A DNA stretch of 64,000 nt from Bugula neritina (taxonomy: Eukaryota; Animalia; Bryozoa). The notes under the pieces were generated by a model. That model was not told the origin of the DNA. It saw only the letters and a program-made list of their open reading frames with translations, and did not search any database. A program made the position numbers and the translations under genes. The DNA lies in the NCBI GenBank assembly GCA_964035545.1, contig OZ037770.1, forward strand, positions 14,126,642 to 14,190,641. The letters run 5' to 3'. Shown one piece after another: positions 58,701 through 64,000 of this stretch (position 1 is the first letter of the stretch; every line of letters starts with the position of its first letter).

Positions 58701-61700
58701 GTATATAAGCAAACATTGTCACGCCAAAATTTGCCAAAATATAGAAAAATAACTAACAAAAACAGCAAAGAAAAGACTGCAATCAAAATTTAACATATAA
58801 AATAAAATGAAAAACTCAAAAGAGAGGATGCAAGTTGATTCAGAAAAGCATCATGCCATATAAAAGTGCATATCCGGCACTCAATTAAACAAATTATATT
58901 TTTAATTTTAGAATATATTATGTAATTAGGATTATTTTATTATATAGTGGCTTGATTTTAAAATTAAATGTTAAAATAATTTTTCTTATTAGAAAGTTTT
59001 AAATTATACATGATGAAAGATATTGCAAAATAATCCACATAAGTATTTATTTTGTGTTTTCAAAAACTTTACATAAATGATAAATTATATGTGTTGAAGT
59101 TTATAACAAACATACATAGCTAATAGCAACAGAGGTCTGAAATCCAGGTACAGCTTTAAATCCCTTTTCAGCAATCTGTGGAAACTCCCCCTGAGGGTGG
59201 AGGAGAAATGTAGCACCTGCTCGGTAGGATGAGTGGGGGTCGTAATTTGCCTGGTCAATAAACAAGGTCAGTGAAAGTCCTGCAATGCATATTCAGATGT
59301 GTAAATATATATTCCTGGTAAGGCGGTAGAATTTATACTACCGCCCTACCAAGATTTGAATCAGAGTTTTTCAATTTGAAGTCAGAGTAATATCTGTCAT
59401 ACTATTAGGGCTACAATAAAGTCTCAGCATAACATGATCTGCATTAAACTAGAATATTTTTGGCACGCTTCTGTCTCTCAAAAGATTATTTGTAATTTGC
59501 AGCATATAAACTTTTTCGGAAATCTAAATTGGAACAAATATTGCTCTATCACCAGTTCATTGTTAAGTTGTTGAACAATGCTATGCTATTTTGCTTATAT
59601 AAATTTCTTGCTAAAAATACTATTACATTTTGAACAGCTTGTTTGGTTTCTTTGTAAAATATTGTTTTATTGTGGGTTTATTGCTATATTGTTTTATAAA
59701 GTTACAATTTTTATATATACCTAATATATGTATAATACAATCTATTTATAATGTAAAGTATTTACCAATACTTTGACCGGCTTGCTTGGTTTCCTCGTAG
59801 CTGCCATTTAAACCGCTGTTATACGTGAAACAGTTACCAAATCTCCTGTCATAAAATTGGTAGAAGTCTCTATAATTAAAGAAACAAAATGATTACATCA
59901 CAAAATAATTAATCTTTTAAAAAATGTCCAGTGTAAAACTAGGAAAAGCAGCTCAGACTTTTAATTTGTAAATACCTGTTATTGCCAAGTTTGACATCCT
60001 AACTACCTTTAGAGTTCTGAATGCTCTGCAGGTTAAATCAAAATTTAAAATCATAATTATGACTAATGCAAGCTTGGGTAAAACCAAAAGGTTTTAAAAT
60101 GTTTTATTGAAAATTAAATATTTTGCATACGTTGTATTGCATTTAGCTCCATGGAAAGTACAGTCTACCAACATATCTTCCAGGGAATGCCCGCGGCCTA
60201 TAACAACATATAGAAGTACATTTCCATCAACCTCCAAGAAAATTGAAAACTAAAGATCCAATTTTTTAATTTTATTCGAGAAACTATACTTACAAACGAG
60301 TTCTTCCTGAGTTAGTGACTGAACAAGAGTGTATGATCTCAAAACCCGCTGCTGTGCCATTAATTCAGTATCTAGCAGGTAGCCAGGGTGATCTGGAGAA
60401 AACGTTGGCAGAGAGTATATTTTTTTCTGATAACAGAAAACAACTTTTAGCTATTTTATATAAATTTTTATAAAAATTATAACTAGAAGAAACCTAAATT
60501 AAATTTGAATTAATAACTTGGGTAAAGAGAGAACCTTTTCTTATATAAAGATTTAGAGTTTTGCTCAATCTTGTTTCTGTTCAAGCAAATGATTACATAA
60601 TATCATGTAAATTTTATTTATTATATAAGAGTTACCATCAGTGAATAATTATGAAAATTGTAAAATAGCTATGTCTAATATTTGTAAATTATAGTTACAA
60701 ATTTTTTCTTCAAATATATTTAAACTTTGAAGTTTCTTTAAAAAAATACTTTCTTCAGTCACTATGAATTTTCTGCAGCTCATTAAAAAGTATGTTATTA
60801 TTTTATAGTTTTAAATTTTATTTCAACTGTTGCCCTGAAATCTCATAATATTATAATTTTTGTGCTGCAGCCTCAATTATTACTTGAATTATTTGCTTAC
60901 TATAGGAAACACTTATATTAGCTGAGAAGTTTTGAAATTTTATTGTAGCCAAACTTTTTTCTATATATAGTCAAATAAAATATGGTATGGGAGAGAGAGC
61001 TTTTCGCGTTAATTTTCGATAACAAACCTTAAATATAATAACACCAAAGCATTTTGACTGTGTTTTTATCTGTAATGGTTATTCCCACTCAATAAGCTGA
61101 CCTTGCCATAGCTTTATGCTACTACACCAAGGCATTTAAATAACTAGAAGCGACTACAACCGTTTGTTTACAGTAGCAGAATAAAAAATTATAGCACTAT
61201 ATAAAATATTCTGTTTCCATTACCATATTATGATAAATATTTCAGTTGAAACGCAAAATAACAAAATTATACTTAGCTTAAGCTTGTTTTACAATAAAAG
61301 AGAAAAACTATAATGTAGGGTTGAGTTTACCCAGCAGCCCCCGTGGTGTAATGGTAGCACACTTGCTTGCAGGCCAGAGGTCTCGGGTTCAAATCCCGGT
61401 AGGGGCAATTATTTTCAAGCTATTTTGGCCTTTAGTGAAGTGTAGCACTCGTAGTAGTACTCCGAGGGAGTTGAGAGGCCAGGAGAGCTTGATGGCTGAA
61501 GGAGTAGTAGATAGGCCAGTGGAGTTCAGAGAACTGGGTGGGATGTAGTGTTGAGTTTACCCAGTCGCCCCTGCATAGTGTAATCAGTTAGCGCATGCTT
61601 GCAAGCCAGAAGTGTGTGGTTCAAATCCCGGTGGGGCCAAAGTTTTTTTCACATATAAGAGCTACCAAAACTTCATCAAACTATACAATAAATACAGTAT

Positions 61701-63465
61701 TGTATATTACCAGTTCTTCAAAGGCTGTTATTTCTTCTTCAGAAGGAGTAACAGCATAACGTCTCTTTCTGACTAGAGTGTTGTCGGTACTGTTTGTAGA
61801 GAGAGTGGAGTTACTGTGAGTCATGTTACTAGTCAGTGATACTGTGCTAGTATCAGTAGTCTCCTTCGTTCTAAAGGTTGTACCAACAGCTTCTGCCGTC
61901 GTCCAATATGCTTAAGTAGAACCACAGAATTTTCAGTCACTTCTATATATAACACCTAATGTGGTTTCAAAAGATCAAAGACTATGGCTCTTAACTTGTA
62001 GAACAATTTCTATTTACAGCAAAATAATATTTAAATTCATCACAGCATATCTATTTGGAGACATGAATTGATAAAAGAAATTTTAATTTTGTTACATAAT
62101 AATGTATACTAAGTATTTCAGTTCTAACGCAGTTTTTTTTACCTGCCAGTTTTTCATACCAAGCATCAGGTCGTGGGCAATATTTATTAGGTTGAAACTG
62201 GTTGATATTACAGAAAGTTACTGCAGGAAATTTGATGGGTCCATATTTAACCTAAACAGAGCAAAATTCTTATGGTGAAAACTGTCATTTATATAAATTA
62301 CACCAAGTAAATAGAATGTAATATACTAGTAAGATATGTTGAATAAAAATGGTGCCAGATTAATATTGTAGTCATTCTAAAGTTGTAGAACATATAAGCA
62401 TTGCAACAATTACTTTAATAACCATTGTAAGTTTTTAGCCTGATAAAGTTTGTAATTTAGGCAATTACATAAGCATATATGCTACTACTATAAAAGTTTA
62501 ATATTACTGCTAAATTAAAGCACAATTTTGCTACTCTATAAGCATAGTATAAGCATTATATAAATAAAAGTCAAACAGATAATATAGCATCAAATATATA
62601 TCATTTATAACATTATTATGCAACTTTGAATTTTGAAGCAAGTAAAAACTGTTTTACTTGTTTCAAAATTCAAAATTGCGTAAATGTTGTAAAATAATAT
62701 GTATGTGGAATCAAGCTGACAGGAACATCTTATATTGCATAATATTCTTATGTTTTTTTCTAAAATGTTGTTTTTAACAGACCTATAAAGATGCAATCAT
62801 GCACGTACCTGTACATCAGTAGTCATTTCATGTCTGTTGTATTGACTGATCAACTTAGCTGAGAAATATGTGAATGTGCAGAGTCCAGTTATAAATAACA
62901 GAAGCCAAAATATCTTTCCTATCAAATACTTGTGTCCTACAATCTATACAACATGAAGATTATCCAAGGAGAACTCATTGGTAGTTTTAGCTTAAGTCTG
63001 TAACTGCATGTGAACTCTTCTCACTGTTTTTCAGGTTTATTCATCAGCTAAGTTTGAAAGCAAAGCCAAACGCTACAAGCTTACACAAGTTTATAGTCAC
63101 TATTCCTGTGAGAAACCTCTGATGGATTAAATAGGGTTGGTTAAAACGGGCTAAAGACTTATTAAGACGTGACACAGGAGAAATTATATGACTGATTGCT
63201 CTTCCTAACATTACTAATTGGCTGTACTGAAGTTTCAACCCATGACTTCGTGTTTACTAAGCCAGCACTTTAACCCCTAGACCACAGCTGCTCAATCTCT
63301 GTCATAGTTATATTATAAGAGTATGTATATAAATAGTTTATTATACCAAATAATTCAACTCACCTTCGGTGGCCCATGAGCACTGGTAGATTCTGAAAAA
63401 CTTCGCACGACACCTTTTAATTTTGGTGCCAATGTTTTCTTTTCACGCTCAGTGTTATTAGACAT
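55745..63465 (-). CDS. DEG/ENaC (ASIC/FaNaC superfamily) sodium channel subunit, 559 aa, complete
   Basis: Exons 63465-63364, 62943-62809, 62251-62143, 61910-61711, 60426-60294, 60197-60131, 59869-59766, 59279-59116, 58669-58574, 57828-57720, 57080-56962, 56686-56616, 56162-56075 and 55927-55745 (1680 nt, in phase). Motifs STSAHG, TM1, FPAVTFCN, GNCFTYN, GLSLTL, Cys-rich thumb, SEWP, TM2 IGGHLGLWIGMS. Confidence 0.93.
59342..59411 (-). other. Degenerate tRNA-like sequence (TCA at the anticodon position) with a 3' hairpin at 59316-59351
   Basis: GCCCTA...TAGGGC acceptor stem, CTTCAAA loop, GATTCAAATC B-box-like motif; the anticodon stem pairs poorly. Confidence 0.4.
61314..61653 (+). mobile_element. 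Second copy of the tRNA-LTR TRIM
   Basis: LTRs 61314-61417 and 61544-61653 (TG...CA); 126-bp internal region homologous to 9421-9542; same purine tract; TSD TATAA at 61309-61313 and 61654-61658. Confidence 0.83.
63080..63293 (-). mobile_element. tRNA-derived SINE, same family as 53118
   Basis: Reverse complement aligns along its length with 53118-53330. Confidence 0.82.
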
Positions 63466-63760
63466 GTTTCATCCATGAGCTAGAGCAAGTAGAATGGCAT
63501 TCTTCTACCTACCATCTATATATCAAGTTTCATATAATATAATGGTACCTCAAGTACAGCTTTCACATTTGCATAACAAGTATGTTATAGGTATCAAGCA
63601 TGTCTTTCCATGAGTATGTTGCACTTAAAGGTATGTGAGATTGCTGCATGTACCTACAAAATAACTTCTGAATCTAAAAACCAATATAATTTGCGCCTCT
63701 ATTTGTAACTCAATATGGCCATGAATACTATACCAATTTGATCTTCCTTTACCAATATAA

Positions 63761-63973
63761 AAAACTCACGCAAGCTTATAGTTGCTATTCCTGTGAGAAA
63801 CTTCTGATAAAAAGGGTTTTGTTAGAACGGGCTAAGGACTTATTTAAATGAGGCACAGGAGCAATTATGACTGGATGCTCTTCCTAACATCACCAATGGC
63901 CTTTGTCGGGTTTGAACCCATTATTTTGTGTTCACAAAGCAAACGCTTTAACCCCTAGTCCACAACTGCTCCC
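63761..63973 (-). mobile_element. tRNA-derived SINE, same family as 53118
   Basis: Aligns with 53118-53330; about 18-bp TSD TCTTCCT(T/A)TAC(C/T)AATATA at about 63742 and 63974. Confidence 0.85.
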
Positions 63974-64000
63974 TCTTCCTATACTAATATATTATATCAT

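Overview
AT-rich, intron-rich animal genomic DNA; a marine invertebrate, possibly a lophotrochozoan, is my inference from gene content. I rebuilt the gene models by hand from GT-AG junctions and reading-frame phase. In order: an SLC16/MCT transporter (minus, 3' end outside the window); SELENBP1/methanethiol oxidase (minus, 11 exons, ending in a 12-nt G-K-L-stop micro-exon resembling a PTS1); a CARD caspase-9/2-like gene (plus, 11 exons); an intronless class-A GPCR; a tandem array of four PAN + F-type (fucose) lectin genes, three intact and one truncated and frameshifted; a single-pass receptor with a SUEL/rhamnose-lectin-like domain, a mucin-like stalk and a 14-Tyr tail; and a complete 14-exon DEG/ENaC channel. 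Mobile DNA: two copies of a ~340-bp TRIM whose LTRs carry a tRNA-like Pol III promoter and have 5-bp TSDs; a 236-bp perfect palindrome between (TA)n tracts with a minimal hammerhead ribozyme on each strand (Penelope-type); a decayed Tc1 element; and three tRNA-derived SINEs. Most long ORFs in the supplied track are microsatellite artefacts. No searches were run, so family assignments rest on motifs I recognise.
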